DNA from: Candidatus Helarchaeota ASGARD archaeon Hel_GB_B
Lineage (GTDB): Archaea > Asgardarchaeota > Lokiarchaeia > Helarchaeales > HEL-GB-B
Assembly: GCA_005191425.1 (NCBI GenBank)
Contig: SUPR01000001.1
Location: 5,762-69,761, forward strand
Reading direction: 5' to 3'
DNA length: 64,000 nucleotides
Both the position numbers and the translations under genes were made by a program. The notes under the pieces are model-generated. The model ran no database searches, was not told the origin of the DNA, and was given only the letters and a program-made list of their open reading frames with translations. Positions 40,440-50,146 of this stretch are shown here, piece after piece (position 1 is the first letter of the stretch; each line of letters starts with the position of its first letter).

Positions 40440-41018
40440 ATGGAAATTTTTGAGGTCTTAGATAGTGGAGAAACGCGCTTCTTGACAGTAAATACCGTTA
40501 AAGAAGCCCTTCGACCTGATAAAGTAATTATTATTTTAGACCATGACAAAAAATCAGTTTATATTCACGTTGGTAAAAATGCTTCAACTCGTCTGAAGTT
40601 TTCAAGTGCGAGGTCTTCACGGTCAATACTTCAAGAACGAAATTTGGCTTATAGAGTTAAGACTATTGATGAAGAGGATCTACCATCATGGTTTGAGAGT
40701 ATTACCAATAAGATAGTTAGAGATAATATAAGGGCTGAACCCCCACCACTTGAAATTCTAAAAATATTAAGAAAAATAGAAAACGCAGAACCTATTGAAG
40801 GATATAAAAGTGAAGCTGCTATTGTTAAAAATAAATTTTATAATTTAGAAACTACAGCTACTACAATTATGGGACAAAACCATTCTATTGAAAAATTTAA
40901 AGAAGTCCGAGATCTACCTGAGGGTTTTTATGTATTACCAAATACATATAAAGCAAGACTAATCATCGAAAAAGGTAAAGTTGTGGGAATTGAACTATTA
41001 AAAGAACGACCTACTTAA
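40440..41018 (+). CDS. Gelsolin/villin-type domain protein (candidate Asgard-type gelsolin)
   Basis: KVIIILDHDKKSVYIHVGKNASTRLKFSSARSS matches the gelsolin-repeat core pattern (D-x-F-I-L-D ... I-Y-x-W-x-G ... S-S). Length 192 aa, possibly two repeats. Confidence 0.4.
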   Translation: MEIFEVLDSGETRFLTVNTVKEALRPDKVIIILDHDKKSVYIHVGKNASTRLKFSSARSSRSILQERNLAYRVKTIDEEDLPSWFESITNKIVRDNIRAEPPPLEILKILRKIENAEPIEGYKSEAAIVKNKFYNLETTATTIMGQNHSIEKFKEVRDLPEGFYVLPNTYKARLIIEKGKVVGIELLKERPT

Positions 41019-41163
41019 GATTAATTTTTATGCCCTTTTTTAAAATTTATTAATTTATTTTGATATTTATTAAATTAAACAAATTTATACCCCAAACTAA
41101 TGGGATTTATGGATTAATTTTAATTTACTAATAATTGCCCAAGATTACATAAATTGAGAAATA

Positions 41164-41697
41164 ATGAGCGAAGAAATTTATAAATTTTTTGAGGAACTTG
41201 TCAGAGACTATAAAATTCTATTAGAATTAGTTCCAGTTAATAATAACGCTATAAATATAATTACCCAATATTTCCCGCTTAATTTCGAGGCTAATTTTAT
41301 AATATCTGACACTGGAGAAGAATTTTTTATTAGAATCTCCCCAGAATCCAATGTAATAAAGAAAAGAAGAAATCCATTTTCTATCATGACTATTATTACG
41401 GATAAAAATACCTTATTAAAGATAATTAGAAGACAAACTTCAATATTACGCGAATTTAATTTTCAAAATTTACATATATCTAATTTAAAACAAGTTTATA
41501 TGTATCGAATTATTTTATTAGGGATGTTAATACAATCTAAAGCAGAATATGATAATAGAAGAAAAATTCTGCGGTTCTTACCAATTAAAATTATCAGAAA
41601 TTTCTTGTTGATATTTTTAGAAGATAAATCATTTGTTCTTATTAAATTGATTTTAAAAAAATTAATTCCAAAAATTATGGGTATTCTAGTTAAATAA
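41164..41697 (+). CDS. Hypothetical protein
   Basis: ORF only; weak resemblance to SCP2-like alpha/beta. Confidence 0.3.
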   Translation: MSEEIYKFFEELVRDYKILLELVPVNNNAINIITQYFPLNFEANFIISDTGEEFFIRISPESNVIKKRRNPFSIMTIITDKNTLLKIIRRQTSILREFNFQNLHISNLKQVYMYRIILLGMLIQSKAEYDNRRKILRFLPIKIIRNFLLIFLEDKSFVLIKLILKKLIPKIMGILVK

Positions 41698-41716
41698 AAT
41701 AAGATGATTAATAAAA

Positions 41717-42109
41717 ATGAGTGAATTATTTAACAAAATAGAATTTTTCTGTCAAGCATACAAAAAGAATTCTAAAAAATTACTTAATTTTAAAATAGGG
41801 AGTATTTCTAACTATTATCCCCAGGGAATTAAAGTTAATATTATAGTATTAGACAATAAAATTGAAAATTATACCCTGTTAATATCAGATACTTCTTGTA
41901 AAGTTGTAAAAGGATTTTCTTCATCCCAATTAAATTTATCAGCCCTACCAGATGTGTGGGACAAGATTTTTTCAGGTAAATACCGGGTAATTAAAGGAAT
42001 TATGGAGGGTAAAATAAAAGTAAGGGGGATAAGGTCAATGGTCAGTCCGTTGATAATATTATCATCATTATTTTATTTATATTCGGAGGATTTTGATAAT
42101 AATGACTAA
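41717..42109 (+). CDS. SCP2-like (sterol-carrier-protein-2 fold) small protein
   Basis: C-terminal SALPDVWDKIFSGKYRVIKGIMEGKIKVRGIRSMVSPL resembles the SCP2 motif (GKLNP..AFM.GKLKI.GD). Confidence 0.35.
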   Translation: MSELFNKIEFFCQAYKKNSKKLLNFKIGSISNYYPQGIKVNIIVLDNKIENYTLLISDTSCKVVKGFSSSQLNLSALPDVWDKIFSGKYRVIKGIMEGKIKVRGIRSMVSPLIILSSLFYLYSEDFDNND

Positions 42110-43568
42110 AAATACAGTTGCTGAAGATATTGCAGAATTTGTAGTAAATTTGAAATATAAAGATATCCCCAACCGTATTATCAAAAAGGCAAAAGATCAA
42201 ATATTAGGAGTAATTGCTGCAATTTATGCGGGCTCACTTACAGATGAAGGAAAAATAATAATTAATACAGTTAAACAATTTGGTGATAAAGAGGAATCAA
42301 GTTTAATACCTTCGGGATTTAAAACTTCAGTAAGAAGTAGTGTATTATGTAATTCGAGCGTAGGAGTTGCTCTTGACTATGTAGATTATCTATTAAGTGG
42401 GCATACGGGAGTCTCGGCAGTTCCGGTCTCTCTTGCAGTCGGAGAATCATTGAATTCTACAGGAAAAGAAGTTATAACAGCTCAGATCATTGCAAATGAA
42501 ATAGAAGGAAGATTAGGAACAAGCGTATTTCTAGGGCCACAAAATGGACAATTATGGTCGTATATTCATTTAATTGGTGGAGCAGTAGCTGCTTCACGAT
42601 TATTAGGTCTTAATGAAGATCAAGTAGCTAACGCAATTGGAATTGCACTCGCCCAAAGCACATATACAATTTTTAGAGGTTATTTTGCAATGGCAAAACT
42701 TTTTGTAAGCGGACTCCCTGCCCAAATTGGAGTTCAAGCTGCTTATTTTGCAAAAAATGGCTTAAGAGGGGCTCATGATATCATTGAGCACCCATTGGGG
42801 TTCTGTAATTTAATGGCAGATATACCATTAAAATTTATTACTAATTCCGCATTGGGTAAAGCTTGGGTTACAGATACTCTCTGTTATAAAATTTATCCAG
42901 GTTGCGCTTATGTCGATGCTATTGCAGATTGTATTCTTGATTTACATAAAGAATTTGATATTAATTACAAGGAAATTAAGAGAGTTGAAGTATTCTCAAG
43001 TATTTTAACCACGGCGATGGACGATTTTGCAGCACCATTTACTACGATAGATTCGCTAAAAAAAGAACAGACTCATGTAGCGCTAAATTTTACAGTACCT
43101 TATACAGTGGCAGCAACTCTTATAGATAAAGAATTGACACCACGACAATTTAAAAAAGAAAGATATTTGAACCCAGAAATACATAATCTTGCTAATAAAG
43201 TAAAAATAATACCAGATTCTAAAATTTCATCAGAAATCCTGGGTACTTTGCCAGCTATTAAAATTCCAAGCTTAAAAGAGATTATATCTGGAAAATATTC
43301 GTTAGCAGATATAAATTTAGATGATGTAACAGTTGCTTTTGCCGGCGCAGTAAAGATAATAATGAATAACGGAAAAAAATACTATAAAAAACAAAATATT
43401 CCTTATGGAGCTCCAGGAAATCCTTATGATTTAAAGAAAAAATTTACACAAGAAGCTATAAATATATTACCAAGCGAAAAAATAGACCCAGCAATTCGCG
43501 CTATAAATAATATTGAAGCCATCGAAAATATTGGTGATTTAATACAAAAAATTTGTTCTCAAATATAA
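42093..43568 (+). CDS. MmgE/PrpD-family protein (2-methylcitrate dehydratase-like)
   Basis: Size 491 aa with an all-helical N-terminal half. ALDYVDYLLSGHTGVSAVPVSLAVGE resembles the PrpD HDFDDT...HPS block. Confidence 0.5.
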   Translation: MIIMTKNTVAEDIAEFVVNLKYKDIPNRIIKKAKDQILGVIAAIYAGSLTDEGKIIINTVKQFGDKEESSLIPSGFKTSVRSSVLCNSSVGVALDYVDYLLSGHTGVSAVPVSLAVGESLNSTGKEVITAQIIANEIEGRLGTSVFLGPQNGQLWSYIHLIGGAVAASRLLGLNEDQVANAIGIALAQSTYTIFRGYFAMAKLFVSGLPAQIGVQAAYFAKNGLRGAHDIIEHPLGFCNLMADIPLKFITNSALGKAWVTDTLCYKIYPGCAYVDAIADCILDLHKEFDINYKEIKRVEVFSSILTTAMDDFAAPFTTIDSLKKEQTHVALNFTVPYTVAATLIDKELTPRQFKKERYLNPEIHNLANKVKIIPDSKISSEILGTLPAIKIPSLKEIISGKYSLADINLDDVTVAFAGAVKIIMNNGKKYYKKQNIPYGAPGNPYDLKKKFTQEAINILPSEKIDPAIRAINNIEAIENIGDLIQKICSQI

Positions 43569-44025
43569 TTATGCTCATTAACTTTTTACTCTATAAATAT
43601 TTAAATTCATTTACCAATGGTCCAACTATTATCCTATAATTTACTACTTGTTTATATTATTAAAGAGATTTCGAATGAATTTTCAATTTATTTTTCAATT
43701 ATTAACAGCATTAATTTGTTGTTATTTTATTTATATTCAATTCATCTAAAAAATACAAATTTCTCGTCTATTAAAGCAAAATTTGTCAATTTTTATTGAA
43801 TTAAAATTAATTGCACCTAACGAATGTAAATAAAAAATTTATATTAAAAATTCGAATTCTGTGGACTTTACCTAAGATAAATATCAATGATTAATATAGA
43901 TAAAAATTAATATAATTAAATTATTTTTTACTTTTTTAGGATGTTCGACTTTTGTATAATTCTAATTTAGACTTTCAAATTTTATGAATACAATAAATTT
44001 TTAAGAAAAATATGGAAAAAAAAGG

Positions 44026-44100
44026 TGGTCAGGCATCTAAAAATTCAATTATATGAATTGAGGGATGAAATATGGCTAATTTCTTAATGGAGCCTGACCA
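44026..44100. other. Perfect 9-bp inverted repeat (tggtcaggc / gcctgacca) with a 57-nt spacer in an intergenic region
   Basis: Read directly from the sequence. Only a low-complexity 65-aa ORF overlaps it. Confidence 0.4.
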
Positions 44101-44269
44101 TATTTTAAATGGTCTAGAAACCAAAAATATAATAGTTATTAAGTTATAAAAAATTTTGTAAAATAGATTTTTATTTGTTTTTTTATACAAATTATAGACC
44201 AGAATAATTGAGCAATTAGTCCACAAAAATTTTTGAAGAATAGTAAATTTTTATCAATGTGAAACAATT

Positions 44270-44758
44270 ATGAGTATAAATAATAAAATAAAATATGACT
44301 TTAAGAATAAATCACTAGCTGATATCCTGCTTGACGAGCTAAAGTATCTAAGGTCAAGGACAGGTATTAGAGTAAGCATCATTTTATCTCAAAGTGGTAA
44401 AATACTGTCAATTCATGAGGATGCAGCATATGTGCCCGACCAATTAAGATATGGAGCAAGAAATCAACATATTGATAAAGAATATTTATCAAAATGGATT
44501 GTTTCTACTTCTAGGACTATAGAATTCGTTTCAGAAAAAATGTTTACCGATGGAATAAAATTTATTATTTTAGAAGGAAATGATAAGAAAGAAGCAATAA
44601 TAATGAATTATAAAGACCCAGATCCAGATATTTCCTTTATTTTAATGGGTTTATTAACAAAAGCTGGATCAATTGGACTTGGATATCAAGAAATAAAAGA
44701 GAGTTCTGAAAGAATAAAAGATATTTTAATAAGCTATAAAAATTATCAGAATTTATAA
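44270..44758 (+). CDS. Roadblock/LC7-domain protein
   Basis: LADILLDELKYLRSRTGIRVSIILSQSGKILSIHED...GIKFIILEGNDKKEAIIMNYKDPDPDISFILMGLLTKAGSIGLG follows the roadblock beta-alpha-beta-beta-alpha-beta pattern. Confidence 0.45.
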   Translation: MSINNKIKYDFKNKSLADILLDELKYLRSRTGIRVSIILSQSGKILSIHEDAAYVPDQLRYGARNQHIDKEYLSKWIVSTSRTIEFVSEKMFTDGIKFIILEGNDKKEAIIMNYKDPDPDISFILMGLLTKAGSIGLGYQEIKESSERIKDILISYKNYQNL

Positions 44759-44938
44759 TATAATTAGGTATTATTAAAGAATAGTGATATTTTTATTAAG
44801 TATATTGAGAAAATAAATATATGAATTAATGACAAGATTTTTATGATGTTTTAATAAAATCTTAAATTTCAATTATAAATCGTTTTAGTATAAAGATTAA
44901 CCAAATCAAATTTCAGAAAGTTCAGGAGTTTAGAAATT

Positions 44939-45331
44939 TTGTCAGAATTTGCTAGATTTATGGAATCTATTTCATCAGAAGCAACTGAAACAAAGATAAA
45001 TGAACTTTCTGATGTCCTTAATAAAGTACTTCAGATAATAACAAAAGCACTTGATGATTTAACTGTAAAGATGGTCGGACTTGAAGAAGAAATATATTTT
45101 TTAGAGCAAAAGATTGAAAATATCCAGAGGAGGTCAAAGAATATTCAAGCATCACTGTCCAGACAAGAGGTAAGCCAGAAGGTAGTGACTAATAAAGAAA
45201 CTAAACCACCAACTACCCAAACACAGATTAATCAACCTCAAAAACAAACCACAGAAAATGTAAAACCTGTACCCCTTAGATCTGCAGTAAATACTGAACT
45301 TAAAGATCTATTTAAAAAATTGAAAAAATAA
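44939..45331 (+). CDS. Small coiled-coil protein, paralog 1 of a tandem pair, with a conserved C-terminal amphipathic motif
   Basis: N-terminal coiled coil, Pro/Thr/Gln-rich linker, C-terminal VNTELKDLFKKLKK. Its stop is immediately followed by the start of paralog 2. Confidence 0.5.
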   Translation: MSEFARFMESISSEATETKINELSDVLNKVLQIITKALDDLTVKMVGLEEEIYFLEQKIENIQRRSKNIQASLSRQEVSQKVVTNKETKPPTTQTQINQPQKQTTENVKPVPLRSAVNTELKDLFKKLKK

Positions 45332-45774
45332 TGATGTTCAAAATGAGTGATAATTTTTTTAATATTTTAATGAAATCATCTACGGCTTCAATTGATGAAA
45401 AAATAAAGAAACTAAGCATGGTATTAGACAAAATTATGGAAGTTGCAATCAAGTCAATAAGTGGAATTGAAAATCAAGTTCAAACTTTTGACGCAATATT
45501 AGCAGAAATTAGAAATAAAATTGAAGGACTAGAAGCTAATTTGACCGTTTTGGAACAGAAACAAGAAGCAATGGCAAAATCAAGTATTGGTAGCAGTACA
45601 ACATTAGAAACGCCAATGCCCTCCCAATCTTCTCGTCCAGTTGAAACAAAACCTATAAATAAACCATTGGCACCTCCTGTATCAGCATCAACTCCAAAAC
45701 CAACTCGGCCAATTAACCCCAGAGCTGAATTACAATCAGAATTAAAAGCACTTTTTTCAAAAATGAAGCGTTAA
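45331..45774 (+). CDS. Small coiled-coil protein, paralog 2 of the tandem pair
   Basis: Same architecture as paralog 1; C-terminal RAELQSELKALFSKMKR aligns with ...TELKDLFKKLKK. Confidence 0.5.
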   Translation: MMFKMSDNFFNILMKSSTASIDEKIKKLSMVLDKIMEVAIKSISGIENQVQTFDAILAEIRNKIEGLEANLTVLEQKQEAMAKSSIGSSTTLETPMPSQSSRPVETKPINKPLAPPVSASTPKPTRPINPRAELQSELKALFSKMKR

Positions 45775-45785
45775 AAAAAGAAGTT

Positions 45786-46697
45786 TTATTTATTAAAAAA
45801 ATTTAATATTTCAGTTGCACCACTTTTTAATGCAAGCCCTGCTAATTGAGTAGAGGAATTAGGGCCAATTTGAGTTATTATTAAAAATCCGCTTTTTTTG
45901 TTAGGAATTTTTACTGGCATTAAAATTAATTTGCCTCGTTCACCATCAATTGTTGAGAAGGTCTTACCAATATTAAAAGCATCGCCCACAGAATTTGCAG
46001 ACAATGCCACTGTTGATGCAATTAATGAACCAATATTGACATCAATTTCATGTGGAAAAGTCGAGAATAAAACACGCCCCTCAGTGGTAGAAATTAATGC
46101 AGCTATTGCTCCAGCTTTTGTTTTTATAGTTTCCATGATTTTATTTAGAGCTTTCATTGTTTCTTCATCATATAAAGGGACATTTTCTTTAGGTCCAATT
46201 AAAAATTTGCACATTTTATCTCCTTTGGCAATACATTCAGTTTCATTTATCTCAACTTCAGAATCGAATAATACACTAGCCATACCTTTTAATATTCCTT
46301 GAATACCAAAACATGATGCTATTCCTTCTTCGTAAGCTTCAGGGGAGTTTTGAATCTCAATATATATTTTTTTATTATCTTCATCTATATTTATATTCCC
46401 CAATGTTGCACCCCAGCCTCCTCGTTCTAAGCTTCTTAAGATAAACCTAAACGCGGTATTTTTATCTGCTTTTTTCTTATCTATAACAAGTTCCATAAAT
46501 CTTTTACCAATATCTTCTCCAATTTTAATATAAATTGGCCGAAGACCCTCTTTTAAAAATTTATTTGCAGTGAGATACATCTGTCTAAAATGTTCAATAT
46601 GAAGTATAATTATTCTGAAATTGAAGCCTTTAATTTCTCCTTTAAAAATAGAAAAATCTTTGAAAGTAAAATTTTTAGTCTCTTCTAACAAGCCCAT
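45786..46697 (-). CDS. V4R (Bet3/TRAPP-like) domain fused to a C-terminal roadblock/LC7 domain
   Basis: V4R signature SCFGIQGILKG...EVEINETECIAKGDKMCKFLI (C-x-G ... E-x-E-C-x-x-G-D-x-x-C-x-F). C-terminal IAALISTTEGRVLFSTF...GERGKLILMPV...GFLIITQIG roadblock pattern. Confidence 0.7.
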   Translation of the reverse strand: MGLLEETKNFTFKDFSIFKGEIKGFNFRIIILHIEHFRQMYLTANKFLKEGLRPIYIKIGEDIGKRFMELVIDKKKADKNTAFRFILRSLERGGWGATLGNINIDEDNKKIYIEIQNSPEAYEEGIASCFGIQGILKGMASVLFDSEVEINETECIAKGDKMCKFLIGPKENVPLYDEETMKALNKIMETIKTKAGAIAALISTTEGRVLFSTFPHEIDVNIGSLIASTVALSANSVGDAFNIGKTFSTIDGERGKLILMPVKIPNKKSGFLIITQIGPNSSTQLAGLALKSGATEILNFFNK

Positions 46698-46760
46698 ATT
46701 TTACACCTTTTATTATTAAAAAAGATAAATCATTTAAAATAAAAATAGAGTTAGATAGAT

Positions 46761-49700
46761 TTAAACTCTTGTAATTTTGGTAGATGAAGCCATCCAAATG
46801 GGTCCAATTATTTCGTGAATTAACGCTACCAAAGTTTCTTGTTGAGATACTAATGCAGTTAATTGTGTTAGGTCGTATTTTTCAGAATATGGTGCAATTA
46901 ATACTTCTTCACCGTCTCTACCAACTGCAAATAGGTTCATCTCAGGTCTTTGCCTTATTTGTACATTTCCTAATTCTAGCAACTCTCTAACCTGGTCTTT
47001 TGCTTCGTTCAAGATACGAGATGCAACAATTATTCTTATTCTTCGACTAGCGGATTTAATAGTTTCTAGAGGCAGGTCACTAAAATCAGGAGCTACAATA
47101 GATACAGTTGATTTTGTTCTCATAAGAATGTCCCGGATATATTCTTTTATTGCCTCAACACCTACTAATGGCCAAGTAAGTTCGCCGGATTTCGCTAGTA
47201 TATTAGTAGTTTCCTGCCATACTGCTCTTAGAAGTTGACTTACTTTTAAGGTTTCACCTTCAGCTTCTCTGAATGTAAATGCCGCATCTTTATTAGTGTT
47301 TGTAAGTCGCTCTGTTAATATAGAATCGGTTTCATCTAATTTTGCAGCTAATTTTTCATTTAATGAATTTGCGTTTGATTCATAGTCAGTTTGGTGTTGG
47401 CTAGCTAATTGTAGTAAATCAGTTTCTAGTTTTGCAGCATCTGCTTGGAATCCTGCGGCATGGTTGGAAATTGTTTCTTTACATTCCTCATAAGTTTTGG
47501 TAGTCAATTCTTTAATTTGTGCTAAATATTTATTATCAATTTCGTTTATATCGTTTTTTATTTGTGAAAATCCTTCATTCATAGTATTAGATATTTGCTC
47601 TTGGACATCATTTGCCATTTTATTAACTCGTTCGTTATCATTGTTGACAAAATCTTTAATAGTATTTTTCATTTGATTTAATGCTTCGTGGCCACGGTTT
47701 TTAACATCATCTACTCGTTTAATTTCGGTCTGTACTATATTTGCGACATCATCTTTTTTCTCGTCTATCGATTTATTCATATTAGCTGTTATTTCATCTA
47801 ATTCTCCTAACTTATTATCATCAATTTCTTGAAGATTTTTCTTATGCTCCTGGATTATATTTGCAAGCAATGAAATAGATTTATTACGAATTTCATGTGA
47901 TTGTGATTCAACATTACCTACTCTTAAGTCTAATGCTTTATAAAATTCATCACGCATTGAATCAAGTTCGTTTTGATATTCTTTGATTCTATCATCTAGA
48001 GTATCAGAAAGAACTTGCTCCAATTTACTTGTATCTTCTTGTAAAAGTTTATTTTGGCCGGAAATCTTGGATAAAAATTCGTCTTTCAATTTATTTAGTA
48101 AGTCGCTGTATCTTTTTATGACATCATCTGATTTACTAACTATCGAGTCCTTCATTTTGTAAAAATCTAATTCTATTGCTTCTACTTGAGAATTAATTAT
48201 TTCTTGAGACTGGTCACCATATTTAGAAGCATTATCCTTGAACCAATTTAAGTTATTATTATTATATTTGTCAAAAACAGCAGATACATTTTCCTTTTTA
48301 GTATTTATCGATGAAATTTCGGAACTGATAATATCAGCAAGATTTTCAGTAGTATCGTTTGACCATTTGTCTAAAGATTCATTTACCTTATCTTGATAGT
48401 CTTTAATATTTACTTCTAACTCTTTAACTAAATTTTTTGATGTTTCATTTATGGTATTAATTAATTGTTCATTAGCCCCGCGTTCTTCCTTAATTTTTTC
48501 ATTTAATTTTCTAATAGCATTATCAATAATTTCCTTAATTTCAGGTCTGTCTTTACTATATTCTTTTAATTCATTTTCCAGTTCTTTTTCCCAGTCACGG
48601 AGATTATGAATTGTTTTTGTTATTTCCCCTGATGAAACATTTTTAATTGAGTCGACCTTGGTCTGAATTTCGTCATGTAAAGTTTTCGATAAAGATTTTA
48701 TCTTATTTTTTTCTTCAGATTTCAGATTTTTAATTGAATTATTTGCTTTTGATTTTAAATCATCCAAATTTTTGTTTAAATTAGAAATACTTGCATCTAA
48801 TTCTTGATTGAATTCACTCCTTGCGGAATTTATTTCATCTGTTAATTGAGCTAAACGCTCGTCTAAATTCGAAGTTAATGTTTTTTCCAAATCAGTTGAC
48901 CCGGCTTGAAGCCTTTTAATTTGACTTGTAAATTTGTCAAGAAATTCCTGTTGTATATCACCAACTAATTGCTTGAACCTTGAAATTAAATCATTTGTAA
49001 AATTTGCTACATCATTTGTAAATTGATAGAATTCGGTATCTCGTTTAGTAATTTCATTATTAAACAATTTTTCAGCAGTTTCACGAAAATTGCTGGCTCT
49101 ATTTTTAAACCATTCCATATGATTATTTTGTGAATTTTGAATTTCAGACCTTAATTCCTTATCTTTTTCCCAAGTAGCTTCAATTTCCTTTTTTATCATT
49201 TCTAAGAATTCGTCTGATAAATTTTTATGCCATTCATCATAGGCAGTGTAATTTTGATTGCGATTACTATTAATAATATCATTTACTCCTTTGACATATT
49301 CGACCATTATTCGATCAGTGAATTCATCAAATACGCCATCAATGCGAGTATTAAGTAGATTTAATCCTTCTACATTTTCGGCAGAGACTTTATCGAGAAT
49401 TTCATTGCCGTAATTGTCCAAGACATTATCAATATTATTATTTAAATTATTTAATTCATTTTTATGTTCATCGGCTGTAGTATCATGTATATTTTTAGTT
49501 TTTTGCATTAATTCATTATATCTATTTTCCAGGTCATTAGCCAAAGTGTCTTCATATTCATGAATTAATTTATTGTGGTCATCATTACGCTGATTAAAAT
49601 TGTTAGTTATCTCTTCTTTTCTCGATTCCACATCAGAATTTAATTTTATTACTTGATTTGTAATTAAATTAGAAATTCCATCTCTAGCATTAATTGTATC

Positions 49701-50132
49701 TTTGGCAAATTGTTCTAATTGAGTATTTATAGCCTCTGCTACTTGATCTTTAAGAGTTATGACCTCTTGCTTTAAGTCATTAATATGTTTATTAATGTTA
49801 GAATCGAAATCCTCTCGTTGTTTGATAGTTTTTTCTCTATATTGATCCAAAAATTGAGTAAAGGCAGAATAAGGGACGACTGGCATATATCTATTTATAT
49901 CTTTAGCTGCTGAACCTATTGCAACAGCAAGGTTATTATCTAAAAATTTTTGTATTGTATTTCTCGCTTCTTCCATTGAGATATTTGCCAATGCCGCTAA
50001 AGATGATTCAGTTATATATCCTTTTGCATATAATGCGACAAAGGCTCTTGCTTCAGCTTCTGTTAATGTAACACCTCGTTCTTTAAAAGTATCTATAATT
50101 ATTTGAAACATATTTTGGTTTTGTACACTCAT
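46761..50132 (-). CDS. Giant (1123 aa) coiled-coil protein with an N-terminal TrmB-like winged HTH and a ~170-aa globular C-terminal domain
   Basis: N-terminus FQIIIDTFKERGVTLTEAEARAFVALYAKGYITESSLAALANISMEEARNTIQKFL is a TrmB-type wHTH. About 850 aa of E/K/N/D-rich heptad-like sequence with no Walker motifs. The C-terminal domain is non-repetitive. Confidence 0.7.
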   Translation of the reverse strand: MSVQNQNMFQIIIDTFKERGVTLTEAEARAFVALYAKGYITESSLAALANISMEEARNTIQKFLDNNLAVAIGSAAKDINRYMPVVPYSAFTQFLDQYREKTIKQREDFDSNINKHINDLKQEVITLKDQVAEAINTQLEQFAKDTINARDGISNLITNQVIKLNSDVESRKEEITNNFNQRNDDHNKLIHEYEDTLANDLENRYNELMQKTKNIHDTTADEHKNELNNLNNNIDNVLDNYGNEILDKVSAENVEGLNLLNTRIDGVFDEFTDRIMVEYVKGVNDIINSNRNQNYTAYDEWHKNLSDEFLEMIKKEIEATWEKDKELRSEIQNSQNNHMEWFKNRASNFRETAEKLFNNEITKRDTEFYQFTNDVANFTNDLISRFKQLVGDIQQEFLDKFTSQIKRLQAGSTDLEKTLTSNLDERLAQLTDEINSARSEFNQELDASISNLNKNLDDLKSKANNSIKNLKSEEKNKIKSLSKTLHDEIQTKVDSIKNVSSGEITKTIHNLRDWEKELENELKEYSKDRPEIKEIIDNAIRKLNEKIKEERGANEQLINTINETSKNLVKELEVNIKDYQDKVNESLDKWSNDTTENLADIISSEISSINTKKENVSAVFDKYNNNNLNWFKDNASKYGDQSQEIINSQVEAIELDFYKMKDSIVSKSDDVIKRYSDLLNKLKDEFLSKISGQNKLLQEDTSKLEQVLSDTLDDRIKEYQNELDSMRDEFYKALDLRVGNVESQSHEIRNKSISLLANIIQEHKKNLQEIDDNKLGELDEITANMNKSIDEKKDDVANIVQTEIKRVDDVKNRGHEALNQMKNTIKDFVNNDNERVNKMANDVQEQISNTMNEGFSQIKNDINEIDNKYLAQIKELTTKTYEECKETISNHAAGFQADAAKLETDLLQLASQHQTDYESNANSLNEKLAAKLDETDSILTERLTNTNKDAAFTFREAEGETLKVSQLLRAVWQETTNILAKSGELTWPLVGVEAIKEYIRDILMRTKSTVSIVAPDFSDLPLETIKSASRRIRIIVASRILNEAKDQVRELLELGNVQIRQRPEMNLFAVGRDGEEVLIAPYSEKYDLTQLTALVSQQETLVALIHEIIGPIWMASSTKITRV

Positions 50133-50146
50133 TTTATATTTCCTCC

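Noticed and set aside
44026-44100. C/D-box sRNA interpretation of the inverted-repeat element
   Set aside because: A CUGA is present in the 3' arm, but no convincing C box (RUGAUGA) or internal C'/D' boxes could be found. It is kept only as an unexplained structured element.
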